DNA of 64,000 bases, taken from positions 78,030 to 142,029 of the forward strand of contig CAVSLC010000014.1 in NCBI GenBank assembly GCA_963728565.1, given 5' to 3'. The notes below the pieces were generated by a model, which was not told the DNA's origin, searched no databases, and saw only the letters and a program-made list of their open reading frames with translations. Made by a program: the position numbers and the translations under genes. Positions 20,899 through 31,977 of this stretch are shown one piece after another; position 1 is the stretch's first letter, and every line of letters starts with the position of its first letter. This DNA is from an uncultured delta proteobacterium. Its GTDB lineage: Bacteria; Desulfobacterota; Binatia; UBA9968.

Positions 20899-22728
20899 TT
20901 ATTCAACCGTCACACTCTTGGCGAGATTGCGCGGCTGATCGACATCAGTGCCGCGATGAACCGCAATGTGATACGCCAGCAACTGGAGCGGTATCGTCAT
21001 GACGATGGGGGTCAGGTAGTGCGACGCTTTCGGCAGTGTTAGGAGCCGATAAGCGGAGACGTCGTGGCTCGTCTTGATATCGTCGGTTAGAACGATCACT
21101 TTACCGCCGCGGGATTCGACTTCCTTGAGATTGCCGATGGTTTTTTCAAAATACCGGTCTCGAGGCGCCAACACGACCACGGGCATCTTTTCATCGATCA
21201 GCGCAATCGGCCCGTGTTTCATTTCGCCGGCCGGATAACCTTCGGCGTGGATGTAGGAGATTTCTTTCAGCTTGAGAGCCCCTTCAAGGGCAATCGGATA
21301 ATTAAGACCCCGGCCCAGATAGAGAAAATCCTGACTGTGCATAAGCTCGCGCGCCAGTTCTTTGACTTCACTCTCCAACTTCAAAGCATCTTCAATCCAG
21401 GTCGGTAAATGCATCAGGTCACGCAGCAATTTTCTGGCATCGGCTTGCTTCAGCTTGCCGTTGCGCCTTCCGAATGCCACGGCTAGCAGATACAGCGCGG
21501 TAAGTTGCGTTGAAAATGCTTTGGTACTGGCAACGCTGATTTCCGGTCCAGCGTGGGTGTAGAGAACTCCGTGCGACTTACGCGCGATAGAGGAATCGAT
21601 GACGTTGCAAATCGCCAGAATTTTCGCCTTCTTCGCGCGCGCGATTTCGGTTGCCGCCAAGGTATCTGCGGTCTCGCCGGATTGACTGACCATCAACAAA
21701 ATCGATCGAGGGTCCATCAGCGGCGAACGGTAACGGAATTCCGATCCGTAATCGACCTCCGCCGGAATTCCCGCGATCTCTTCGAGCATGAATTTGCCGA
21801 CTAAGCAGGCGTGCCATGCTGTGCCGCAGGCAACCAGATGAATTCTATTGATCGCCTTCACCTGGCTCTGAGTTAATTGAATTCCCTCGAGAGAAACGTC
21901 ACCATTCTTCAATGAGATGCGACCGCGAAATGTGTCTGCTAAAGCCCTCGGCTGATCGTGAATTTCCTTGAGCATGAAGTGAGCATAGCCGCCCTTGCGT
22001 GCCGCCACCGCATCCCAGGTGATCTCTTTGACCGGCCGGCGAATGGCTTTACCTGTGCCGTTAAAGAGACGATACGAACCGACAGTCACTTCGCCGATCT
22101 CCCCATCTTCCAGGAACGTCACCTTGCGAGTGTAGTCGAGCAGCGCGGGGATGTCGGAGGCAATGAACGTTTCGCCATCGCCCCAACCAATAACAATCGG
22201 CGTGGAGTTTTTCGCGACGATGAGCCGCTGCGGATCTCGACGATTGAGAAACAGCAAGGCGTAGGAGCCGCGGATTTCGCGCAAGGTACGGCGCACCGCG
22301 TCCAGAAAATCCATTCCCCTGTCGATTTTTTCGCTGACCAGATGGGCGACGATTTCGCTGTCGGTTTCCGAACTGAAGTGAGTTCCTCTCTTCGTCAGCT
22401 GCTCTTTCAGTTCCAAGTAGTTCTCGATGATGCCGTTATGAACGACGACCACGTCCCCGGCGCGATGCGGGTGAGCGTTGGTTTCTGAAGGACGGCCATG
22501 AGTTGCCCAGCGTGTATGACCGATGCCGACCGGGCCTGACATAGGCTGCCGGCCGAGCAGGGTTGCCAGATTGCTCAGTTTGCCTTCGCATCGGCGAATC
22601 GCAATCTCGCCGTGGTTGAGAACCGCAATGCCGGCCGAATCGTAACCCCGGTACTCGAGCTTTCGAAGGCTTTCCAAAATCAATGGCGCCGCGTCGCGAC
22701 TGCCGATATATCCGACAATACCGCACAT
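20899..22728 (-). CDS. glmS: Glutamine--fructose-6-phosphate aminotransferase
   Basis: MCGIVG, GHTRWATHG and NLAKSVTVE motifs. Confidence 0.98.
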   Translation of the reverse strand: MCGIVGYIGSRDAAPLILESLRKLEYRGYDSAGIAVLNHGEIAIRRCEGKLSNLATLLGRQPMSGPVGIGHTRWATHGRPSETNAHPHRAGDVVVVHNGIIENYLELKEQLTKRGTHFSSETDSEIVAHLVSEKIDRGMDFLDAVRRTLREIRGSYALLFLNRRDPQRLIVAKNSTPIVIGWGDGETFIASDIPALLDYTRKVTFLEDGEIGEVTVGSYRLFNGTGKAIRRPVKEITWDAVAARKGGYAHFMLKEIHDQPRALADTFRGRISLKNGDVSLEGIQLTQSQVKAINRIHLVACGTAWHACLVGKFMLEEIAGIPAEVDYGSEFRYRSPLMDPRSILLMVSQSGETADTLAATEIARAKKAKILAICNVIDSSIARKSHGVLYTHAGPEISVASTKAFSTQLTALYLLAVAFGRRNGKLKQADARKLLRDLMHLPTWIEDALKLESEVKELARELMHSQDFLYLGRGLNYPIALEGALKLKEISYIHAEGYPAGEMKHGPIALIDEKMPVVVLAPRDRYFEKTIGNLKEVESRGGKVIVLTDDIKTSHDVSAYRLLTLPKASHYLTPIVMTIPLQLLAYHIAVHRGTDVDQPRNLAKSVTVE

Positions 22729-24122
22729 TACTTCTTGGTTCCTTTCATTTTAATGCGCTTTTGCTCGGTCCAGCCTTCGCGAAGCCGCTCTTGCCTGTCG
22801 TTAAAGACCAGAGCTCCGTCGGGAACATCGTGACGAACCGTGGTCGCAGTGGCGACATAGACGTCGTCACCCAAAGTGATCGGCGCGACCAACGTCGAAT
22901 CGCTACCGACCTGAACGCGATCGCCGATTTTGCTTTTATATTTCTGAAATCCATCATAGTTGCAGGTGATCGTGCCAGCGCCGATATTGCTATCGCGGCC
23001 TATCGTCACATCACCGAGGTAAGTAAGATGATTAGCCTTGGTGCCATCGCCGAGCCTGGCTTCTTTAGCTTCCACGAAATTGCCGATATGAACGTTGCGG
23101 CCCAAGTCCGTGCCCGGACGCAAATGGGCAAACGGGCCAATGATTGCGCCGTTAGCGACTCGACAGCTGGTTAGGACGACGGAAAAACGCAAATGAACTT
23201 CGTCATCCAGCTGCGCATCGGTCAGATATGCGCTGCCGTCAATACGGCATCGCTCACCGATCACGGTCGTGCCGCAGAGATGAGTGTTCGGGCCGATGAC
23301 CGTATCTTTGCCGATGGTCGCGCCCCGTTCGATGTAGGTGGTCGCCGGGTCCTTTAACGTGACGCCTTGGGCCATCCATTTGCGGTTTATCTCTTCTTGC
23401 AAGCTCTTCTCCATGCGGGCGAGCTCCTCCCTAGTGTTGATGCCCATCATCTCACGAGCATCATCGACCTGTAGGTTTGCCACGGTCTGACCTTCGCTCA
23501 AGGCGATCGCGACGATATCGGGCAGATAGTACTCCCCTTGGCGATTCTGGTCGCTGACGCGCGACAACGCAGGAAAAAGAAATGGCGCGGCAGCGACATA
23601 GATCCCGGCGTTCACTTCATGGATCTGTTTTTGCCAATCCGAGGCGTCTTTCTCTTCAACGACACGGGCAATCCGTTGCTTCTTATCCCGTACGATTCGG
23701 CCGTAGCCTTTCGGATCCTCTAGCTTTGCGGTTAATAACGTTACCGCTGCTTGTTGCCCGCGGTGCTGATCGACCAGTCGCTTCAACGTGTTCTCATGGA
23801 TCAGGGGAACGTCGCCGCTGAGGATTAGAATATCCCCTGTGAACCCGAGAAATGTTGGTTTGGCGCACAGCACCGCATGCGCGGTGCCGAGCTGTTTTTC
23901 TTGGATCACCCACGATAGATCGTCGCCCGAATAGGCCTGTTGAACAGCGGCGGCGCCATGGCCGACTATAACCGCAATCCGGGACGGTTCTAATTGCTGC
24001 GCAGCCCGTAAAACGTGCAGCAATAACGGCGTGCCGCCCAGGCGATGAAGCACCTTAGGAATGTCCGATTTCATCCGGGTACCTTGCCCAGCCGCTAAAA
24101 CAATGACGCCGATACCGTTCAT
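22728..24122 (-). CDS. glmU: Bifunctional UDP-GlcNAc pyrophosphorylase / GlcN-1-P acetyltransferase
   Basis: LAAGQGTRMKS motif, hexapeptide repeats, and HLTYLGD / NIGAGTITCNYDG. TAATG overlap with glmS. Confidence 0.98.
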   Translation of the reverse strand: MNGIGVIVLAAGQGTRMKSDIPKVLHRLGGTPLLLHVLRAAQQLEPSRIAVIVGHGAAAVQQAYSGDDLSWVIQEKQLGTAHAVLCAKPTFLGFTGDILILSGDVPLIHENTLKRLVDQHRGQQAAVTLLTAKLEDPKGYGRIVRDKKQRIARVVEEKDASDWQKQIHEVNAGIYVAAAPFLFPALSRVSDQNRQGEYYLPDIVAIALSEGQTVANLQVDDAREMMGINTREELARMEKSLQEEINRKWMAQGVTLKDPATTYIERGATIGKDTVIGPNTHLCGTTVIGERCRIDGSAYLTDAQLDDEVHLRFSVVLTSCRVANGAIIGPFAHLRPGTDLGRNVHIGNFVEAKEARLGDGTKANHLTYLGDVTIGRDSNIGAGTITCNYDGFQKYKSKIGDRVQVGSDSTLVAPITLGDDVYVATATTVRHDVPDGALVFNDRQERLREGWTEQKRIKMKGTKK

Positions 24123-24358
24123 GATGATTATCGATTATAGCGAAAGTAGACTTTCAGTCAAAGTAAGCGATCTTAGCGATACCTGTGCGTTGATAATTCG
24201 GAAATTGCCGCTTTTCGAACGATTAAATTGCATTTATTATGAGCCAATGGCGTTGCAACGACGGCAATCTATAACCACAGTCTGGTCCGGATATTTCGCG
24301 CGCGTCGGGTGATCTACCGAATTGTTCTCGCACAACTCGGTGTTAAAGAGCCAGAATC

Positions 24359-25072
24359 ATGAGAGGCTCGACAATCTTGATGCCGCCGCTGCGCGGCGCA
24401 ATCGCGCTCCTGCGCGCCACGATGCGAGTGGAAGTGCTTCATGCCGAGTACTTCGCCGATCTGCGGAGCCGCCGTGTTCCGATTCTTCTGGCACTTTGGC
24501 ACGGTCGGATGTTTCTCGTTACCGATGCGCACCGGGGGCAGGGGTTTGTCACCATGGCTTCGAAGTCTAAGGACGGCGACATCATCGCAGGCTGGTTGGA
24601 AAACAACGGTTATGTGGTGGTCCGAGGCTCGACCACCCGCGGCGGGAGCGAGGCTTTGCGCCGCATGGTCTATCTCATGCGGGCGGGCCGCAACGGCGCT
24701 TTAACGGTTGATGGTCCCAAAGGCCCGGTTCGGGTTGTGCAGCCAGGAGTCGTGCGTCTCGCGCGATTAACCGGCGCTTGGATTCTACCTGTGAGTTTTT
24801 CAAGCTCATGGCCATTGTTTCTTAGATCGTGGGATCGCCATCTTGTTCCCAAACCTTTCTCGCGCAACTTCTTATCGTACGGCGAGCCATTCCCGATCGG
24901 TTCTGAGTTATCGGAGGAAGCCGCGCTAACAAAAATTGCTGCGGCGATTAATAAGATTACCGAAGAGGTCGACAATATCGCCGGGATTTGCCCGCGCCGC
25001 TTAAGACCGCTAGTCGGGCGATTGGGATTCAACGCCCTTTTTTCTTGCGTTCAAACGAGTGTTCTTCTATGA
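24359..25072 (+). CDS. DUF374 / lysophospholipid acyltransferase-like protein
   Basis: LALWHG, SKSKDG, VRGST.RGG, TVDGPKGP and SWDR..VPKPF motifs. Confidence 0.85.
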   Translation: MRGSTILMPPLRGAIALLRATMRVEVLHAEYFADLRSRRVPILLALWHGRMFLVTDAHRGQGFVTMASKSKDGDIIAGWLENNGYVVVRGSTTRGGSEALRRMVYLMRAGRNGALTVDGPKGPVRVVQPGVVRLARLTGAWILPVSFSSSWPLFLRSWDRHLVPKPFSRNFLSYGEPFPIGSELSEEAALTKIAAAINKITEEVDNIAGICPRRLRPLVGRLGFNALFSCVQTSVLL

Positions 25073-25195
25073 CGGCTGTCAATCGCCAACCAATGTGGCC
25101 TGGCCGAAAAAACCGAAACGCTGAATTGTTGCAGCACTGTTGTCGCAAACGGAATCTGTTTCGAGATCTGTCGCCGGTTATAAGATTTAAAGCCG

Positions 25196-26563
25196 ATGAA
25201 AACAAACCCTCAGAAGAAGATGCAGTCCATACGAGATTTTAGAAGCAGGGTGCTCGACCCACTTTGGCAAGCTGAACCCGCCGATCTCACTCGGGTTAAA
25301 CGGCTGCTCAGTTCTTTTATCAAAATCGTTTTTCTGGTTGGACGAGATTTCATTGAGAATCTCGTCAAGCTCCAGGCCATGGCGTTGGCATTCAAAACGC
25401 TGCTTTCGATTGCACCCCTGCTCGCCGTCATATTTTCAATCCTGAAGGGGTTTGGGGTACACAACCGCATTGAGCCCGTTCTCGCCGAAGCGCTTGCTCC
25501 GTTAGGTGACAAAGGCCAAGAGGTCGCCGGTCATTTGGTCGGGTTCGTTGACAAGATGAGCGCAGGAGCCCTCGGCAGCGTGGGCGTGGTGACTCTCTTT
25601 ATTACCGTGCTGTCTCTGATGGGCACCATTGAACAGGCCTTTAATACTATCTGGCGGGTTAGGTTTCCGAGAAAGCTTGCGCGGAGATTCAGCGATTATT
25701 TGAGTGTCCTTTTAGTCGGTCCGGTGCTGGTGTTCGCGGCGCTGACGATTACAGCTACATTGCAAAGCAATTCTTTCGTTCGTAATTTGCTTGCGCTGGA
25801 ACCATTTGGAACAGTCATGCTGATGCTGCTTCGCCTGCTCCCCTATGTCACTTTATGGGGAGCATTCACACTTTCTTACCTGTTTATCCCGAATACCCGA
25901 GTCAGATTGCGTTCAGCGCTGGTCGGCGGTCTCGTCGCCGCGTTACTTTGGCAGACCATTGGTTGGGGATTTGCCACATTTGTAGCCTCGTCGACGCGTT
26001 ACTATGCCATCTACTCCAGCTTTGCCATCCTCCTGCTGTTTCTTCTCTGGCTTTATGTCGGCTGGCTGATTGTTTTGTTAGGAGCACAAGTATCGCATGC
26101 GCATCAGCACATACATTTCTATTACGGTGAGCGTGAGAACCTGGCGCGGAGCCCAGCGGGGCGGGAGAAGCTTGCGTTGCAGTTGCTGCTCCTGATAGGC
26201 CGCAATTTCCACCAAGGACTCAATCCGATGAGTATTGCGGATCTGGCGAATCGGCTGCAATTGCCGGCGGCTTTGGTTAAAGATTTATTGGACATGTTTC
26301 AGCAATCCCGGCTGGTGTTGCCGTTGGCTGATGAAGAAACGTTTGTGCTCGGCCGCGCTGCCGAAAAAATCAGGATCAAAGAGATCTTGGATTGCGTCAG
26401 AACTGCCGGAGGTATCACCAAAGGCACTGGCATCTATCTCAGAGAGCCTGATGGTATCGATGAATTGCTGCTTGCGGCGGATCAATCGGTTGCCGCGACA
26501 CTCGATGGTAAAACCCTGCAGAGCTTAATCGTTCGTCAGGAACCGGTTACGGCCGTTACCTAA
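25196..26563 (+). CDS. YihY/BrkB-family membrane protein with C-terminal Rrf2-like winged helix
   Basis: ALAFKTLLSIAPLL, IEQAFNTIW and IYSSFA..L.W.Y..W.IVL.GA motifs, followed by a soluble HTH-like tail. Confidence 0.88.
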   Translation: MKTNPQKKMQSIRDFRSRVLDPLWQAEPADLTRVKRLLSSFIKIVFLVGRDFIENLVKLQAMALAFKTLLSIAPLLAVIFSILKGFGVHNRIEPVLAEALAPLGDKGQEVAGHLVGFVDKMSAGALGSVGVVTLFITVLSLMGTIEQAFNTIWRVRFPRKLARRFSDYLSVLLVGPVLVFAALTITATLQSNSFVRNLLALEPFGTVMLMLLRLLPYVTLWGAFTLSYLFIPNTRVRLRSALVGGLVAALLWQTIGWGFATFVASSTRYYAIYSSFAILLLFLLWLYVGWLIVLLGAQVSHAHQHIHFYYGERENLARSPAGREKLALQLLLLIGRNFHQGLNPMSIADLANRLQLPAALVKDLLDMFQQSRLVLPLADEETFVLGRAAEKIRIKEILDCVRTAGGITKGTGIYLREPDGIDELLLAADQSVAATLDGKTLQSLIVRQEPVTAVT

Positions 26564-26584
26564 ACTGCCGATTAGCTCGCGCTG

Positions 26585-28106
26585 TCAGCGGCGGAAGAGC
26601 TGCCGGAAAAAGGTTGCCAAACTGTTTTCCATCGACGGCGGGGCGCCGCGCCGCGCCAATTTCCCGCTGTCTAGATCTACCGTCGGATTCTGCGCATTGC
26701 CGGTAACCGTAAGCGGCACCACCAGCTGGCCGCGCTGGTTCTTGAACAGTTGGCTGGTTCTGCCACGGCTGGCTTTACCGGAAGCCTGAGGCGAGAGAGT
26801 TGCGTCGATCCCGATATTTAGCGCCTGACGCGCCAGGGTCATAGTTCCGCCGCCTTTGAGTTCCAGCTGCGGGTTTACCAGGTGAGATGCGTGAGAAGTC
26901 GACGACACCGTTGCTCAAAGTAAATTCCGTATCCAGAGTCCTAAATGTGGTTGCTTCGCGCCGTTGTTTGTCGGAGAAGCCGATGGCGCCGGTGGCGCGT
27001 TGAATTTTTCTTATCAGATCAACGTTGGTCAATTCGCCCTCGCGCGCCGATAGTTTGCCATTGCCTTGCAATTGCTTGGTCGGCTCGGAGCCGCCGCCGG
27101 CACCTAAACGAAGCGTAACTGCGCCGTTTAGATTTCCCTTGATCGCCCGCTTGCCATATAGCCTTACATTTTTGAACTCGCTTTGGATCTGGGTCATCAG
27201 ATTGCTCGCCGGGCCGCTCACCGCAATGCGCAGGCCCATCGGCCCGGAAATGTCGATCTCCGCTGGCGCTAAACCGAACACTGCGAGAATCTGCATCACC
27301 GTTCCAGCATCCACGTTCTCGTCTGCCAAAACCAAGTTGAAGCGTGGCCCGGTGGCCAGATTGCTGATGCTTCCCTCAAGCGGCAGAGTCAAGTTCCGCA
27401 CTGTTAGGTGATTGTCGTTAAGGATGAGTTTTGTTTCTTCATCCTGGTAATCGAGCTGTCCTGCTAATGTAACCGTCTTTAAGCCCGGATAATTGAAGGT
27501 CGCGCGATATGGGAAAGGTCCTTCGCTTGAGAACTCCTCCATGAAGAGTTCGATGCCATGGATGCGCACCGGGGTTGGTTCTGCGGTAATGATGTTTAAC
27601 TGCCCGTTTTTGATGCGCAGCCGGCGCGGAATTGTCAAAGCCATAGCGGCACTGTCCGGCTGTTTAGGTTTCGGCGCGAGCTTGTTTGATTCGGCTCCGC
27701 TGTTAGCCGGAATTGGTTTGTCCGCCAGGACACTGGAGCTAGCGCTGCGCTTGGATGCTTTTTGCAGCGTAAACACGGGCTTGTCCAGCACAAACTCGGT
27801 GATTTCGAAGCGACCGCTTAGCAGCGGCCATAACTTGAGGCGCAGTTCAACCTCTTGCGCGGTGAAGAAGCTTTCGGCGGGAGAAGCCGAGTTGGCCGAG
27901 ATGTTCAGGTTCGATACTCTGATCGAAGGTCTTGGCACCAGACTTAGCCGTACCTCGTCCAGATCAACGCGCCGCTGCAGAGTTTCTTCGATCAACGGCA
28001 AATAAATGCTTTTGAAGCGGCCGAGATCGACAAACGTGGGCAAACTGATAACTGCTGCAATCAGCAGGGCAAGAACAGTCGCGCCGGCGATCAAGGCTTT
28101 CTTCAC
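26585..28106 (-). CDS. AsmA-family protein (one frameshift near 26885 as assembled)
   Basis: N-terminal anchor plus beta-rich AsmA region. The C-terminal VPLTVTGNAQNP is in another frame. GTG start with RBS. Confidence 0.8.
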
Positions 28107-28296
28107 AGGATCGCCTCCGGCTCGATCGCCCAAATTCTCAAGGCAGTTCCCTGGTTTCGGTGTCGTCATTTCCCGGGACATTATACGGACCGCAGTCCGG
28201 TATTCAATGCTGGCAACCGTACTCAAGTCCTTGCGAAGAGTAGCCACCAAGGGCAGTATTTGTTAGGGTAACAAACTTCGAAAGGTCGCTGACATA

Positions 28297-29265
28297 TTGG
28301 ATTTGGCGCTGGAAATTCTCCCACAGGTATTGCTGGAGGGTCTCGTACTAGGATTCATGTACGCTCTGATCGCTCTCGGCTATACCATGGTTTATGGTGT
28401 CCTGGAGTTTATCAACTTTGCTCACAGTGAAATTTTCGTCCTCGGTGCGTTTGTCGGTGTCGAAGTTCTCTTTTGGCTTCAGGACGCCGGACAACTGGCG
28501 GTCTTACATCCGGCCTTCGTCTTGTCGCTGGTGATTGCTGCCGGCATGTTGATCAGCGGCCTGGCCGCCATGGCGCTGGAGCGTGTGGCATATCGTCCGC
28601 TTCAGGGTGGTCCGCGTCTGGTCGCGCTGATCTCCGCCATCGGCGCGTCATTTTTTCTCCAAGATGCGCTGCGTTTGTTCGAAAGTCTCTGGCGCAACAC
28701 CTTTTACCTCAATTATCCGACTCTCGATGTGCTCGATGAGGTCTTACCCTTGGCAACTAATCTTGTCGTGCCGGTGAAGTCCCTGATGGTCATTGCCACC
28801 TCACTGCTTAGCCTGGCCGGCCTCTATTACTTCGTGAATCGGACGCGCATCGGCACGGCGATCCGCGCGGTCGCGCAGGATCCGGAAACCGCCTCGCTGA
28901 TGGGGATTCCGGTCAATCGCGTCATTGCGCTAACATTTTTTGTCGGCGGCGCGATGGGAGGTTTGGCTGGGGTTCTGTTTGGCCTTCACTATAGCCTGGT
29001 CAATCCCTACAGCGGATTTGCGCCGGGGCTGAAAGCTTTCACCGCCGCGGTCCTGGGCGGCATCGGCAATATTCCGGGTGCAATGCTGGGCGGCATGGTA
29101 CTGGGTTTGTTGGAGGCATTCGCCGCTTCTTATCTGTCGATTCTTACCGACGGCGCCTTCGGCGCCGAATATAAGGATGTCTTCGCCTTTCTTGTGCTGA
29201 TCATGATCTTGATTTTTCGTCCTAGAGGGTTGCTGGGTGAGACCGTGCGCGAGGGCCGGGCGTGA
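28297..29265 (+). CDS. livH: Branched-chain amino acid ABC permease
   Basis: YALIALGYTMVYG..INFAH and GLKAFTAAVLGGIG motifs. Confidence 0.93.
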   Translation: MDLALEILPQVLLEGLVLGFMYALIALGYTMVYGVLEFINFAHSEIFVLGAFVGVEVLFWLQDAGQLAVLHPAFVLSLVIAAGMLISGLAAMALERVAYRPLQGGPRLVALISAIGASFFLQDALRLFESLWRNTFYLNYPTLDVLDEVLPLATNLVVPVKSLMVIATSLLSLAGLYYFVNRTRIGTAIRAVAQDPETASLMGIPVNRVIALTFFVGGAMGGLAGVLFGLHYSLVNPYSGFAPGLKAFTAAVLGGIGNIPGAMLGGMVLGLLEAFAASYLSILTDGAFGAEYKDVFAFLVLIMILIFRPRGLLGETVREGRA

Positions 29266-30509
29266 GTGGTTCGCTACCGTCGTTGGGCTTGTTGGCATAC
29301 ATCGCTGCAAGCTCCGTGCTGGCCTTTGTCTTCCCCCAATCTGTCTTGGCCTTTCTCCTGGTCGAAGCTTCATTGCTGTTGCTCTGCTACGTCTCGGCGC
29401 CGCTCAAAATAAGAATATACTTGGCTGCTTTGGTGCTGCTGATCCTGATCCCCTTCCTGGGGACGTTTAACGGTTACTATCTGGAAGTTGCCATTCAGAT
29501 CGGCATCTATGTCGCGCTTGCTCTGGGGTTGAATATCGTCGTCGGCTTTGTCGGCCTGCTCAATCTCGGCTTCGTTGCCTTTTACGCCATCGGCGCCTAC
29601 CTGTGGGCGATCTTCGGTTCGCCACAAGCCAATGAATTTATTCCCGGCGGATTCTTTCCCTTGTCGGCGAATTGGTTTTTTATCTTTCTTATTTTCAGCA
29701 TCGCTGCCGGGGCGCTGACGGGAACGTTGCTGGGGCTGCCGGTGCTCCGTTTGCGCGGCGATTATCTGGCTATCGTCACCTTGGGGTTTGCCGAGGTGGT
29801 GCGCGCGGTCGTCAACAACCTCGATAAGCCGATCAACATCACCAATGGTCCAAAAGGCATCTCCCCGATCGTTAAACCGCCGCTTTTTTTCAAACCGTGG
29901 CTGGAATTCTTCGGGTTGGAAATCGCCGATTCGACATTGTACCCGCTGTATTTTTACTTTCTCGTGCTCCTGATGGCGCTGCTCATCATTCTTATCACAC
30001 GCCGACTCGAGGACTCGCGCGTCGGCCGGGCGTGGAAGGCGATCCGCGAAGACGAATTGGCGGCGTCGGCAATGGGTGTTCCGGTGGTGCGCATGAAGCT
30101 GTTCGCGTTCGCGGTGGGCGCGTCCTTCGCTGCGGCCGTGGGAGTGTTGTTTGCCGCCAAGCAGGTTTTCATCAATCCCGAGAGCTTTACCTTCATGGAA
30201 TCCATCGGAGTTCTGGCGATGGTGATCCTCGGCGGCATGGGCTCGATTCCAGGCGCCATTCTCGGCGCTACCGGTGTGACGATTCTCAACCTCCAATTGC
30301 TCAAGGGCCTATCGCTATGGCTCAACGGCCTGCGCCAATCAGGCGCTGAATTGACCTTGCCGCTTTTGGGAAGCTATTCGTTGAGCCAGTTGCCGGCCCA
30401 GTTCGAGCCGGCAAAATACGAACGAATGGTTTTCGGTCTGATTTTGATTCTGATGATGATTTTCCGCCCGCAAGGTATTTTGCCGCCGCGGCGCGACCGG
30501 CGAACTTAA
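29262..30509 (+). CDS. livM: Branched-chain amino acid ABC permease
   Basis: LGLNIVVG..GLL, LRLRGDYLAIVTLGF and AIREDE motifs. Confidence 0.93.
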   Translation: MSGSLPSLGLLAYIAASSVLAFVFPQSVLAFLLVEASLLLLCYVSAPLKIRIYLAALVLLILIPFLGTFNGYYLEVAIQIGIYVALALGLNIVVGFVGLLNLGFVAFYAIGAYLWAIFGSPQANEFIPGGFFPLSANWFFIFLIFSIAAGALTGTLLGLPVLRLRGDYLAIVTLGFAEVVRAVVNNLDKPINITNGPKGISPIVKPPLFFKPWLEFFGLEIADSTLYPLYFYFLVLLMALLIILITRRLEDSRVGRAWKAIREDELAASAMGVPVVRMKLFAFAVGASFAAAVGVLFAAKQVFINPESFTFMESIGVLAMVILGGMGSIPGAILGATGVTILNLQLLKGLSLWLNGLRQSGAELTLPLLGSYSLSQLPAQFEPAKYERMVFGLILILMMIFRPQGILPPRRDRRT

Positions 30510-31289
30510 ATGGCGCTGCTAGAGCTGCGGGATATTTCCAAACGGTTCGGCGGATTGCAGGCTTTGGCGCGGGTCAAGCTCGACATTGAATCCGGCACCA
30601 TCGCCTCGCTTATCGGCCCTAACGGCGCGGGCAAGACGACACTGTTCAACATCCTGACCGGAGTCTATCAGCCGGATGGCGGCGAAATCCGTTTTCTCGA
30701 CCGGACCTTGGTGGGTTTAAAGCCCGACAGAATCACCAAGGCGGGGATCAGCCGGACGTTCCAAAATATCCGCCTGTTCTCGCATATGACGGTCCTGGAC
30801 AACGTGCTAGTCGGTATGCATTCGCGCATGCACACCAGTTTCGCTGAAATCCTGCTGCGCACCCGGAACTTCCACAATCGCGAAGACCGCGCGCGCAGCC
30901 GGGCAATGGAGCTGATCGAACTGACCGGCCTCGGCGGCCGTCAAGGCGAGTGGGCGCACCAGCTCTCCTACGGAGAACAACGCCGGCTCGAGATCGCGCG
31001 GGCCTTGGCCGCAGCCCCGAAGCTGCTGCTGCTCGATGAGCCGACTGCGGGAATGAATTCCACCGAAGCGCAGTCGCTGGTTAACTTGTTCAAAGATTTG
31101 GTCGGCAGATATGTCGAAGCGATTCTGCTCATCGAGCACAATATGCGCGTGGTCATGGGCGTGTCGCATTGGGTCCATGTTCTCGACTACGGTGAAAAGA
31201 TCGCCGAAGGCCATCCGGACGAAGTGCGCCAAAATCCGCGGGTGATCGAGGCCTACCTTGGCGCATGGGCGGAGCATGCTCAGCGTTAA
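30510..31289 (+). CDS. livG: Branched-chain amino acid ABC ATPase
   Basis: GPNGAGKTT, RTFQNIRLF and LDEPTAGMN motifs. Confidence 0.93.
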   Translation: MALLELRDISKRFGGLQALARVKLDIESGTIASLIGPNGAGKTTLFNILTGVYQPDGGEIRFLDRTLVGLKPDRITKAGISRTFQNIRLFSHMTVLDNVLVGMHSRMHTSFAEILLRTRNFHNREDRARSRAMELIELTGLGGRQGEWAHQLSYGEQRRLEIARALAAAPKLLLLDEPTAGMNSTEAQSLVNLFKDLVGRYVEAILLIEHNMRVVMGVSHWVHVLDYGEKIAEGHPDEVRQNPRVIEAYLGAWAEHAQR

Positions 31290-31977
31290 CGGGATCCACG
31301 TCTATTACGACGCCATTCATGCGCTGAAGGGCGTAACGTTTTCCGTCGAGGCGGGCGAGCTCGTCACGCTTCTGGGCGGCAATGGCGCGGGCAAGACGAC
31401 TACCTTGAAAACAATTTCCGGACTGCTGCGTCCACGCCGCGGTAACATCGAACTGGAGGGCTGCGCTCTAGATGAGATCGAGGCCCACGAGATCGTCCGG
31501 CGCGGGGTAGCTCATGTGCCGGAAGGCCGGAAAGTTTTTCCTCGTTTCACGGTGCTCGAGAATTTGCAGGTCGGCGGTTACAGCCGCAGCATCAAATCGC
31601 TTGCGCCCGACCTCGACTTTGTTTATCGCATGTTTCCACGCTTGCACGAACGGCAGAAGCAATACGCAGGCACCCTGTCTGGAGGCGAGCAGCAGATGCT
31701 GGCGATCGGCCGAGCCTTGATGGCCAAGCCGAAATTATTGCTGCTCGATGAGCCATCGATGGGGCTGGCGCCAAAAATCGTCGAGCAGATTTTGGAGAAC
31801 ATTCGCGCAATCAACCAATCCGGCGTCACGGTTCTGCTGGTCGAGCAAAATGCCGCGATGGCCCTGGCGATCTCGCATCGCGGTTACGTGCTCGAGACAG
31901 GCCAAGTGATTCTAAGCGGCGCGTCCAGCGATTTGGCCGGTAATGATCTGGTGCGGCAAGCCTATCTCGGGGGCTAG
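31276..31977 (+). CDS. livF: Branched-chain amino acid ABC ATPase
   Basis: NGAGKTT, HVPEGR, LSGGEQQML and LDEPSMGLAP motifs. Confidence 0.93.
   Translation: MLSVNGIHVYYDAIHALKGVTFSVEAGELVTLLGGNGAGKTTTLKTISGLLRPRRGNIELEGCALDEIEAHEIVRRGVAHVPEGRKVFPRFTVLENLQVGGYSRSIKSLAPDLDFVYRMFPRLHERQKQYAGTLSGGEQQMLAIGRALMAKPKLLLLDEPSMGLAPKIVEQILENIRAINQSGVTVLLVEQNAAMALAISHRGYVLETGQVILSGASSDLAGNDLVRQAYLGG

Noticed and set aside
22720-22740. glmS ribozyme
   Set aside because: The glmU stop overlaps the glmS start, leaving no leader.
26870-26900. Programmed frameshifting in the asmA-like gene (also the propeller gene near 54416 and the permease start near 43215)
   Set aside because: No slippery heptamer is evident. 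Scattered single-base indels in unrelated genes fit assembly error better.
29370-30296. Long antisense ORFs (also 32465-33403, 35330-36304, 37726-38673, 49177-50451 and 53488-54432)
   Set aside because: They are shadows of well-supported genes on the opposite strand in GC-rich DNA and carry no recognisable motifs.
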